NCBI GenBank assembly: GCA_038043525.1
Contig: JBBTBW010000002.1
Span: forward strand, 57,315-121,314
DNA: 64,000 bases
DNA from: Deltaproteobacteria bacterium
Lineage (GTDB): Bacteria > Desulfobacterota > GWC2-55-46
Reading direction: 5' to 3'
How positions within the stretch are numbered: the stretch's first letter is position 1; every line of letters begins with the position of its first letter. The notes beneath the pieces were generated by a model. It made no database searches. It saw only the letters and a program-made list of their open reading frames with translations, and was not told where the DNA came from. The translations under genes and the position numbers were made by a program. Below are positions 10,384-18,816 of this stretch, in pieces.

Positions 10384-11409
10384 TTGAAGGCCGCCGTATA
10401 TTATAGAAATAACGACGTAAGGCTCCAGGACGTTCCGATGCCCTCAATAAATCCCGGAGAGCTGCTTGTCAGGATAGAGTCGAGCGGCATCTGCGGAAGC
10501 GACGTTATGGAGTGGTACAGGATAAAAAAGGCGCCGATCATACTCGGCCACGAGATAGCAGGCGTGGTAGTCGAGGCAGGCTCCGGCGTTACAAAGTTCA
10601 AGATCGGAGACAGGGTGACTGTAGCGCACCACGTCCCTTGTAATACCTGTACGTACTGCCTCTGGGGCAACCATTCTGTCTGCGACACCTTGAGGACGAC
10701 CAACTTCGATCCTGGCGGGTTCTGCGAATACGTGCGGGTGCCTGCGATAAACGTCGACAGGGGCGTGTTCAAGCTCCCTGATTCGATGAGTTTCGAAGAA
10801 GGGACATTTTCCGAGCCGCTCGGGTGCGTTGTAAGGGGGCTGAGGGCAACCGGCTTTGAGCCGGGCAAGAACCTGCTCGTCATCGGTAGCGGCATGTCAG
10901 GCCTTCTTTTTATAAGGCTTGCAAAGGCGCTTGGCGCAGGTAGTATTATAGCTACAGACGTATCGGAATACAGGCTCAAGGCGGCGCTCAGTTCAGGGGC
11001 CGATCTCGCACTTCCGGCTGATAAGACGGATGTGCCTGCGGCTGTCAGAGGGCTTCTCGGAAGGCTCGCTGACGTTGTAGTGATATGCGCGGGGCGCGAC
11101 TCCGCGATCGATCAGGGGTTGAAGTCGGTTGACAGGGGCGGCGCAGTTCTTTTCTTCGCGCCGAAGGAGCCGGGCCAGACATACCCGATGCCTTTATTCG
11201 ACCTGTGGCGCGACAATATAACGATAGTCAACTCTTATGCCTCGCCGCCCTTTGATACGTCAGTCGCGATAGACCTTATCTCAGCCGGAAGGGTCGAGGT
11301 GGCTGACCTTGTGACTCACAGACTTCCTATAGAAGAGGCGCAGAAGGGCTTCACGCTTGCCGCAAGCGCAGGCGAATCGCTCAAGGTGATAATCGAGCCT
11401 CACAGGTGA
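10384..11409 (+). CDS. zinc-dependent alcohol/polyol dehydrogenase (MDR family)
   Basis: GICGSD and GHEIAGVV catalytic-Zn motifs, structural Zn cluster CNTCTYCLWGNHSVC, and GSGMSG Rossmann motif. TTG start. Confidence 0.85.
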   Translation: MKAAVYYRNNDVRLQDVPMPSINPGELLVRIESSGICGSDVMEWYRIKKAPIILGHEIAGVVVEAGSGVTKFKIGDRVTVAHHVPCNTCTYCLWGNHSVCDTLRTTNFDPGGFCEYVRVPAINVDRGVFKLPDSMSFEEGTFSEPLGCVVRGLRATGFEPGKNLLVIGSGMSGLLFIRLAKALGAGSIIATDVSEYRLKAALSSGADLALPADKTDVPAAVRGLLGRLADVVVICAGRDSAIDQGLKSVDRGGAVLFFAPKEPGQTYPMPLFDLWRDNITIVNSYASPPFDTSVAIDLISAGRVEVADLVTHRLPIEEAQKGFTLAASAGESLKVIIEPHR

Positions 11410-11431
11410 GGTGTTTTCTCTTGGAGACTCC

Positions 11432-12295
11432 ATGAAGAGGATAGGACTTGTCATAAAGATGTCGAACCCCGAGGCTGTCAAGCTCGGGTGCGAGGTCTCC
11501 GAGTGGCTCTCTAAAAGAGGGGTCGAGGCCTGCGTAGATGAGGCTACAGGCGCCGTTGTTACGCCTGCCAGAAAGGCCGGGGCTGATGAGCTTGCCGGTC
11601 TTATCGACGCGATGGTCGTACTCGGCGGAGACGGCATGATGCTTTCTGCCGCGAGGCTGATAAACGGCAGGAAGGTGCCGATACTCGGCATCAACATGGG
11701 CGGGTTGGGTTTTCTTACAGCGAGTACGGTAACTGAGTTGTATCCTCTCCTTGAGAGGCTTATCTCAGGCGATTACACGCTCGAAGAGCGGATGATGCTC
11801 ACAGTTTCCCTTACGCGTGGCGGGGAGACGACCTCGACCCACAAGGTGCTTAATGACGCTGTCATAAAGGGCGGCAACGGAAGGCTCGCGAGGCTTGAGA
11901 CACGCATCAACAAGCAGTACGTTACCACATACCGGGCGGACGGTCTGATAGTCGCCACTCCCACCGGGTCCACCGCGTATTCGCTTTCGGCAAACGGCCC
12001 GATACTCTACCCTACGATAGATTCGATAATCGTCGCGCCGATATGTCCGTTCAATCTGACCAACAGGCCTGTCGTAATACCTGACTGGATGACCGTCGAC
12101 ATAACCGTCAGCCCTGAGCAGTCGAGCCTCCAGCTGATACTCGACGGGCAGGTTGACATATATCTCGGCAGCGGCGATCGCATAGACATAGAGCGCGCTG
12201 ACACAAACGTCTATCTCGTCAAGTACGAGGGGAAGAGTTATTTTGATATACTGAGGGAAAGGCTCATGTGGGAGGTCAAGCCGGTAAAGGCCTGA
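11432..12295 (+). CDS. nadK: NAD kinase
   Basis: Motifs VVLGGDGMML and ATPTGSTAYSLSANGPI. ATG 11432 after GGAG is preferred over the track's GTG at 11411. Confidence 0.9.
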   Translation: MKRIGLVIKMSNPEAVKLGCEVSEWLSKRGVEACVDEATGAVVTPARKAGADELAGLIDAMVVLGGDGMMLSAARLINGRKVPILGINMGGLGFLTASTVTELYPLLERLISGDYTLEERMMLTVSLTRGGETTSTHKVLNDAVIKGGNGRLARLETRINKQYVTTYRADGLIVATPTGSTAYSLSANGPILYPTIDSIIVAPICPFNLTNRPVVIPDWMTVDITVSPEQSSLQLILDGQVDIYLGSGDRIDIERADTNVYLVKYEGKSYFDILRERLMWEVKPVKA

Positions 12296-12343
12296 GAGTT
12301 GAGCGCTTCACGCGCTCACGGAGGCCTTTGCGGCCAAAACGAA

Positions 12344-14092
12344 ATGCTCGTCGAACTCGCCATAAAAGACTTCGCCATCATAGAAGGCCTTAAGATCCAC
12401 TTCAGCGCGGGCCTCAATATATTCACAGGAGAGACCGGCGCAGGCAAGTCTATCATCATGGATGCCATTTCACTCATCCTTGGCGACAGGGCTTCAAGCG
12501 AGATCATTCGCCTAGGGAGGGACGAAGCGCAGGTAGAGGCTCTTTTCGATCTCGGCCCTCAGAAGGGTTCCGCGCTCGAGAGCGTATTAAACGAGGCTGG
12601 TATTCCTTTTTCAGACGATCTCGTCATAAAGAGGGTCGTTCAGAGGACCGGGCGGAACAGGATATACATAAATGGCAGTCTGGCGACCCTTGTCACGCTT
12701 ACAGAGGTCGGCAGGCATCTCATAGACATATACGGTCAGAGCGAGCATCAGTCGCTTACAAGGCCTGAAGAGCACGTCGAGATACTCGACGGCTTCGGCG
12801 GGCTGGGTAATCTTCGCGTTCACATGTCGGCATGTTATAGGGAGTTTTCAGGCGCGAGAAAGGAGCTTGACTCGCTCCTGCAGACAAACAGAGAGTCTGC
12901 CGGCAGGAGGGAGTTTCTTGAATTCCAGTCGAAGGAGCTCTCGGACGCGGCCATCCAGACCGGCGAGGAAGAGAGGCTCAAGAGGGAAAAAGAGAGGCTC
13001 AGGAACTCTGAAAAAATAAGGCTCGCCGCGTCGCAGGCTGAAGAAGGCATATATTCAGGGTCTGGTTCGGTAGTCGAAAGGCTTGGTTCGATGGTAAAGG
13101 CGCTCAAGGACGTATCCGCCCTTGATGATCGTCTGAGTCCAACCGTCGAGGCGTTGCAGGCGAGCCTCTATCAGATAGAAGACGGCGGAGCCTTTCTCAG
13201 GGATTACGCAGGCTCGATAGAGGCGGACCCTGAAGGCCTTGAGCTTATCGAGATGCGCCTTGATACGATAAACAGGCTCAAGAAGAAGCACTCGGCAACG
13301 ACCATCGACGAGCTTCTTGCGAAGGCGGCCGCGATAGAGAAAGACCTCTTCGGGATCGTTGATTTTGACGCGGCATTGAAGGGATTGGAGGCTAGGCTTA
13401 TAAGCGCCAGAGAGAAGGCCCTTGAGGCGGCAAAGAACTTAAGCGACGCAAGGGTTGCGGCGGCAAAGATATTCGAGCGGAAGATGGAGGCGGAGCTTGC
13501 CTCGTTAGGCTTCAAAGGGTCGGTTTTTGAGACCTCTATCGCTACCGAGGCCGGAGCTGATGAGACTATCAGGTTAACCGAGAGAGGGGGAGACAGGGTC
13601 AGCTTCCTTATCTCGACCAACCCCGGCGAAGGGATAAAGCCTCTGGCGCGCATAGCCTCTGGCGGCGAGCTTTCAAGGATAATGCTCGCGATGAAGAGTG
13701 TCGCCGCCTCCGGCAGGGTAGCATCCCTCATATTCGATGAGATAGATACAGGTGTTGGCGGCGCGATGGCGCAAGTAGTGGGGCTGAAGCTCAAAGAGGT
13801 CTCGGCCGGTCATCAGGTGATCTGCATAACGCATCTGCCGCAGATAGCGGCCTTCGCCCAGAGGCACTTCTCGGTCGAAAAAAAACCGACCGCTGACGGC
13901 AGGACCGTATCTGCCGTAGTTGAACTTGCAGGCGAGAGTGATAAGATAGAACAGATCTCCAGGATGCTTGGCGGGCTCAAGGTAACGGATACTACCAGAA
14001 AGCACGCGGTAGAGCTTGTCGAGACGGCCCAAAGGCTCGCCTCGAACATCCACGGTAAAAATGGGGCTAACGGCAGGAAGAAGCAGGCATGA
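12344..14092 (+). CDS. recN: DNA repair protein RecN
   Basis: Walker A GETGAGKS, long coiled-coil middle, signature SGGELSRIMLA, Walker B LIFDEIDTGV. ATG 12344 (MLVELAIKDF) is the typical RecN N-terminus. Confidence 0.95.
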   Translation: MLVELAIKDFAIIEGLKIHFSAGLNIFTGETGAGKSIIMDAISLILGDRASSEIIRLGRDEAQVEALFDLGPQKGSALESVLNEAGIPFSDDLVIKRVVQRTGRNRIYINGSLATLVTLTEVGRHLIDIYGQSEHQSLTRPEEHVEILDGFGGLGNLRVHMSACYREFSGARKELDSLLQTNRESAGRREFLEFQSKELSDAAIQTGEEERLKREKERLRNSEKIRLAASQAEEGIYSGSGSVVERLGSMVKALKDVSALDDRLSPTVEALQASLYQIEDGGAFLRDYAGSIEADPEGLELIEMRLDTINRLKKKHSATTIDELLAKAAAIEKDLFGIVDFDAALKGLEARLISAREKALEAAKNLSDARVAAAKIFERKMEAELASLGFKGSVFETSIATEAGADETIRLTERGGDRVSFLISTNPGEGIKPLARIASGGELSRIMLAMKSVAASGRVASLIFDEIDTGVGGAMAQVVGLKLKEVSAGHQVICITHLPQIAAFAQRHFSVEKKPTADGRTVSAVVELAGESDKIEQISRMLGGLKVTDTTRKHAVELVETAQRLASNIHGKNGANGRKKQA

Positions 14093-14293
14093 GCGTCTCT
14101 GATACGGTGAACCGTACCTCCATGATAATGTAGCGCCTTTCTGACAAACAGATGTTTTATTCAAAGTCGCAGTGATATACAGATATATGGATGGCTCGGT
14201 AGCGCAACAGCCGCAGGAAGTTATATTTAGATATAGATCGGCATCAGTCAGGCATTATAAAAAAACGGGTAACAGGAAGGACGGAAGAAAGAG

Positions 14294-14743
14294 TTGGTAA
14301 GAAAAGCTGTCATCAGCGATGTCCCCGAGATATGCGGAATAATTGAGCGATTCTCGTCAAAGGGCGTTATGCTCCACCGCACTATCTCGGACATACACGA
14401 CAATCTCAGGGATTTTTTCGTATATGCCGATGGCGGAGAGATATTAGGCGCGTGCGCCCTGCATATCTGCTCAGAGCAGATGGGAGAGATAAGATCCCTT
14501 GCCGTGAAGGAGGGGCATACACGCCAAGGCATAGGCAGGCTCCTTGTTCAGGCATGCCTTGAAGAGGCGAAATCCATTGGCCTGTCAAGCGTCTTTGCCC
14601 TTACATATCAGGTCGAGTTTTTCAACAAGCTGAAGTTCAGGGTTATAAGTAAAGAGGTCCTTCCGCACAAGATCTGGGGGGACTGTGTAAGGTGCGCCAA
14701 GTTCCCGAACTGCGATGAGATAGCCGTAATAACGGACCTGTAG
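14294..14743 (+). CDS. GNAT-family N-acetyltransferase (short ArgA-like amino-acid N-acetyltransferase)
   Basis: Acetyl-CoA binding motif RQGIGRLLV, about 150 aa, with a C-terminal C..C...C tail as seen in short N-acetylglutamate-synthase-like GNATs. TTG start. Confidence 0.75.
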   Translation: MVRKAVISDVPEICGIIERFSSKGVMLHRTISDIHDNLRDFFVYADGGEILGACALHICSEQMGEIRSLAVKEGHTRQGIGRLLVQACLEEAKSIGLSSVFALTYQVEFFNKLKFRVISKEVLPHKIWGDCVRCAKFPNCDEIAVITDL

Positions 14744-14776
14744 TTGCGTCCCTCGAAAAGAGGCACAGGAGGCCAT

Positions 14777-16144
14777 TTGAGTAAGAAACTGCTTGAGAAC
14801 GCGGCAGATGCCGCTGTCGTTGATACGCTCATGTCTCTTCTTGACGGAAGGGTGGAGGCATTCGAGATATATCTATCCCGCGAAAAGGGCATGAGCCTCG
14901 AGGCCAAGGAAGGCTCTATAGATGCCATGAAGGTCAGATCAAGCGCAGGCGTAGGCCTTAGGGTACTATACGGCATGCGACAGGGCTTCGGTTTCTCAAG
15001 CGTCCTTTCCTCAGGCGCGCTCACTGACCTTGTAGGTAATGCGGTGACAGGCGCTTCACGTTCAGCCGAAGACAAGTTCCTTGGTTTTGCGGCCCCTACG
15101 GCATCTAGTTCCGCCACAGATGAGCTTGGCATATTTGACGAAGCCTTTGCCGGAGTAGACGAGAAAGAGAAGATAGATACCGCTATTGAGATAGAAAAGA
15201 GCGCGCTGGCGTATGATAAGCGCGTAAAGAGGGTGAGAAAGGCGTCGTATTCGGAGTCTGTCGTATCTTCAAGGATCGTCAACTCCAACGGCGTTGACCT
15301 GACTGAGGCCGCGACCTATTACTCTGCAAGCGTCACTGCCGTCGCTGAAGAGGGAGCGGATTCGCAGATGGGCTGGGAGATGGCCCTGGGGCACACTCGC
15401 ATGGCGATAGACCCGGAGTTCGTCGGCTCTTCGGCTGGCCGAAACGCCGTGAGGATGTTAAACGCCAGAAAGCTCGCAACAATGAAGTCGCCCGCCCTTA
15501 TCGAGAATACTGTCGCCTGCGAGCTGCTTGAATCGCTGGCAGGGTCTTTTCTCGGCGATAACGTCGAGAAAGGCAAGTCGATGCTTATAGGCAAGGCCGG
15601 CAATCAGGTTGCTTCGCGCGCGCTTAACATCATCGACGACGGACTTATGTATGCAGGGTGGTCTACATCTGTCTTTGACGGCGAGGGGATGGCAAGGCAA
15701 AGGACTGAGCTTCTTACAAACGGCGTATGCAACGGGTTTCTCTATGACGGGTACTGGGCCAGAAGGGCTGGCAGAGCTTCTACCGGGAGCGCCGCGAGAT
15801 CCGGCTATAAAGGCTCCCCCGGGGTCGGCATATCCAACCTTTATATAGACAAGGGAGATAAAGATCCTTCTACCCTGATGAGACTCATGAAGAACGGGGT
15901 CTTCATAACAGAGCTTCTAGGCGTTCACACGATAAATACCGTCAGCGGCGATTTTTCGCTTGGAGCGGCAGGCTTCATGGTCGAAAACGGCGCCATCGCC
16001 TATCCCATAAGGGGCTTGGCGATCTCAGGCAATCTGTTGGATCTTTTTTCCAAGGTCGATTCGTGCGGGTCTGATCTGCGGTTCATAGGGTCGATCGGCG
16101 CGCCGTGTCTTTTAATAAGCGAGATAGAGGCGAGCGGGACATGA
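14777..16144 (+). CDS. TldD/PmbA-family metalloprotease
   Basis: Full-length TldD/PmbA pattern, including the C-terminal GDFS.GA.G..VENG motif. TTG 14777 follows AGGAGG (14767-14772). The track's start is 14744. Confidence 0.85.
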   Translation: MSKKLLENAADAAVVDTLMSLLDGRVEAFEIYLSREKGMSLEAKEGSIDAMKVRSSAGVGLRVLYGMRQGFGFSSVLSSGALTDLVGNAVTGASRSAEDKFLGFAAPTASSSATDELGIFDEAFAGVDEKEKIDTAIEIEKSALAYDKRVKRVRKASYSESVVSSRIVNSNGVDLTEAATYYSASVTAVAEEGADSQMGWEMALGHTRMAIDPEFVGSSAGRNAVRMLNARKLATMKSPALIENTVACELLESLAGSFLGDNVEKGKSMLIGKAGNQVASRALNIIDDGLMYAGWSTSVFDGEGMARQRTELLTNGVCNGFLYDGYWARRAGRASTGSAARSGYKGSPGVGISNLYIDKGDKDPSTLMRLMKNGVFITELLGVHTINTVSGDFSLGAAGFMVENGAIAYPIRGLAISGNLLDLFSKVDSCGSDLRFIGSIGAPCLLISEIEASGT

Positions 16145-16815
16145 CAGAAAAGAGCAGGGATGACGAGAAAAGAGTCGAGGAAGCGCTATCACAGAACCCG
16201 CTTTTTGCAGGGCTTGAGCCGTTTTACTTCAAGGACCTGATCCCGAAGAGCGAGATACGCGCGTGGCCTGAAGGTACTCAGATAATAACTGAGGGCGACG
16301 AAGGCGACTCTGTTTTTTTCATAATATCAGGCAAGGTCAAGGTGACGCTCTACGGCGAAGAGGGCAGGGAGATAGTCCTTGCCGTGCTCGGCGACGGAGA
16401 CATGTTCGGTGAGATGTCGATAATGGATGACAAGCCGAGGAGCGCCAACGTCGAGGCTGTCTCAGACCTTGAGTGTCTGGTGATAGGAAAGACAGGTTTT
16501 CTTGAGTACCTCTCGCGCCACCATAAGGTGTACATGAGGTTTTTCGCCTACCTGACGGGCAGGCTCAGAGACGCAACAAGGAAGATAGGGGGCCTCGCGC
16601 TCCTTGACGTCTGCGGCCGTATCGCCCATACGCTTATCGGGATGTCCAAGTCGGGCGAGAACGAAAAGGTCGTCTCGATAGAGAGGCCGACACATGAAGA
16701 ACTCGCCGCGATGATAGGGTCTTCAAGGGAGGTCGTCTCAAGGGCCTTGAAGAAGATGACGCAGGAAGGGTATATAAAGATCGAGAAAGAGAGGATACTT
16801 TTATACATGTCCTGA
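16141..16815 (+). CDS. Crp/Fnr-family transcriptional regulator
   Basis: cNMP-binding domain (FGEMSIMDDKPRSANVEA) plus a C-terminal HTH (THEELAAMIGSSREVVSRALKKM). The ATG overlaps the upstream stop (ATGA). Confidence 0.85.
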   Translation: MTEKSRDDEKRVEEALSQNPLFAGLEPFYFKDLIPKSEIRAWPEGTQIITEGDEGDSVFFIISGKVKVTLYGEEGREIVLAVLGDGDMFGEMSIMDDKPRSANVEAVSDLECLVIGKTGFLEYLSRHHKVYMRFFAYLTGRLRDATRKIGGLALLDVCGRIAHTLIGMSKSGENEKVVSIERPTHEELAAMIGSSREVVSRALKKMTQEGYIKIEKERILLYMS

Positions 16816-17014
16816 TGTTCCGAGCGGCCTGTGGATAAGTATCTGGCCGCATGATAGCCAGTATTATCGAATCAGGCTATCATATTGAGTTGCAATGATA
16901 TTTGTCTTGGGTTTATCCGCGAGACACGCAGTCGTTCGTGTGTGTAAAGTATTGTGGGGCGGGTTAGACGAAAGATGATCTTCTCATGATTTAGCTACTT
17001 TAGTCTTTGCTTCT

Positions 17015-17200
17015 AACAAAACCGGGTCATGGCATAGCGAGCCTGACTGAGAGACGACGAGCAGGCATCGGAATTTACTGCGAGCCGGCTCGAAAGCGAT
17101 GCGAGCCATACCCAAAAGCCACGGCAGTGCGCAAAAGCAAAATCGCTTACTACTAACCCCTCCCGGTCTCCCCATATGGTAAGGGGAAGAGCGCAGACAA
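17015..17200 (+). repeat. intergenic structured repeat, copy A (core plus module 2)
   Basis: 17015-17138 is near-identical to 23444-23567. 17146-17198 is the reverse complement of 34799-34853. Confidence 0.9.
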
Positions 17201-17667
17201 AGCTATCTTCTTTCCATGTGACCCCTGTCACCGCCTAATCCGTCTCTTTGATGTAAAACCAGATACGTTCCTAAGCCGTCAGGCACAAAAGAGACCTAAA
17301 GACCCTCGTGAGATAGCCGAAAAGTCATAGAGGCGTTTCTATCTGAAGACTATCAGCCGTTGGCCACTGGGGCTAAACGGCTTGACATCAGACATGGCCC
17401 TGTGCTACAAAGAGGATTCTCAAAGTCAGGTCTGCCGTAGGAATATTTTCCAAGCTTTTCAACCTATTCCGGTTTTTGTTTGACGGCGGTTATTATCTGC
17501 ATGCGGCGCTTTGAATCAGGCGGTGATGTTGCAGTTAAGTCGCCTTTCTCTGGCGTCTGAAACCGGTATCACTACAAAACGTCTGTCTTGCCGCTGTCGT
17601 CCACAGGCAGACTCGTATTACGGCGCCGGAACTCAACTGAAAAAATAAGATCCAAGGAGGACGTCTA

Positions 17668-18591
17668 TTGGACAAGCGATTCTATACACTTTTCGTTCTG
17701 ACAAACGACGCTTCCAAGGCCAGGCAGTTCAGGATACCGATAAAGCTCTTCAAGGCCGCTTCCGCTCTCGCTGTCGTCTTCAGTATCGTGCTGGTCTATG
17801 TCTTTTTTGATTACGCGAGACTCAAGGCTTCGGATGCGGAGCTATCAGCTATACAAAAAGAGAACATGAGCCAGAAGCTTGAGCTTCAGGGCTTTGCCGC
17901 TAAGATCAAGGAGCTTGAGGGGCACTTCGCTAAGCTCAATCTCTTTGACAAGAAACTGCGTATAATAGCCAACATAGATGATCCAAGGCCTACGGGAGGC
18001 TCGCCTGATGCCCAGCTTATGGGCATGGGCGGCAACACCGAGACTGCGGAAGATTACTTCAGCACCCCGGGGGCAAAGGTCGGCGCCCTCGTCAAGCAGA
18101 TGAGCAGCGACATCACCGAGCTTGAGACCAGGGCAAAGACGCAGGAGAACAGCTTTACGGAACTGCAGGAAGAGCTTATGAGGCAGTCCACTATGCTGGC
18201 CGCGACCCCTTCTATCTGGCCGTCAAAGGGGTGGGTCACATCAGGGTACGGCGAAAGGACGTCCCCTTTTACCGGATTTCAGGGACTGCACAAGGGGATG
18301 GATATAGCCAACCGCGTCGGCACCCCTGTAGTATCTTCGGCTGAAGGTATAGTCGTGCGGGCAGGAGATGATCCTGGTCTTGGCAAGGTTGTCATCATCT
18401 CCCACGGGATGGGTCTAAAGACCACTTACGGACATCTCTCCGAGCTGATGGTCAGACAGGGACAGAAGGTCACCAGGGGCCAGCGGATAGCCTCTATGGG
18501 CAATACCGGTCGTTCGACAGGGCCTCATCTGCACTACGAGGTCACGCAAAACGGCGTCAGCGTGAACCCGTCAAAATACATACTCGACTGA
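17668..18591 (+). CDS. M23 (LytM) family peptidoglycan endopeptidase with N-terminal TM segment and coiled coil
   Basis: Motifs HKGMDIA, GHLSE and GPHLHYEV. TTG start 8 nt after AGGAGG. Confidence 0.85.
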   Translation: MDKRFYTLFVLTNDASKARQFRIPIKLFKAASALAVVFSIVLVYVFFDYARLKASDAELSAIQKENMSQKLELQGFAAKIKELEGHFAKLNLFDKKLRIIANIDDPRPTGGSPDAQLMGMGGNTETAEDYFSTPGAKVGALVKQMSSDITELETRAKTQENSFTELQEELMRQSTMLAATPSIWPSKGWVTSGYGERTSPFTGFQGLHKGMDIANRVGTPVVSSAEGIVVRAGDDPGLGKVVIISHGMGLKTTYGHLSELMVRQGQKVTRGQRIASMGNTGRSTGPHLHYEVTQNGVSVNPSKYILD

Positions 18592-18626
18592 GTCTGACGC
18601 AGCGCTGCCTCAGAGATATGGATAGT

Positions 18627-18663
18627 CAGGCCTTGCGGCTCGTGCGCAGGGCCTGTTTTTTTT
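18627..18663 (+). terminator. intrinsic terminator after the M23 peptidase gene
   Basis: CAGGCCTTGCG / CGCAGGGCCTG stem (one wobble) followed by T8. Confidence 0.7.
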
Positions 18664-18698
18664 AGCGTCATATCATATCGGCAGGTCTTTAAAAACCC

Positions 18699-18726
18699 TT
18701 GCCCCTTATGTAAAAATCCGTATAAT
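18699..18726 (+). promoter_or_regulatory. candidate sigma-70 promoter of secA
   Basis: TTGCCC, 16-nt spacer, consensus TATAAT (18721-18726). Confidence 0.45.
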
Positions 18727-18816
18727 TGAGTAGCTCCTCGGATATGGCTCTGTTGTTGGCCAAGGTTAAATAACAGACAAGGAAAAAGGCGTAAAGGCCC
18801 TTTTAACGGTGAGACG

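Noticed and set aside
16984-17175. ORFs across the repeat copies (16984..17175 -, 23441..23698 -, 34528..34908 +, 34610..34975 +, 35044..35337 -) share peptide strings such as LPWLLGMARIAFEP, which suggests a small protein family.
   Set aside because: The shared peptides are simply translations of the conserved DNA repeat. Copies are truncated or in different frames and orientations, lack RBS and start context, and overlap one another. A non-coding repeat is the better explanation.
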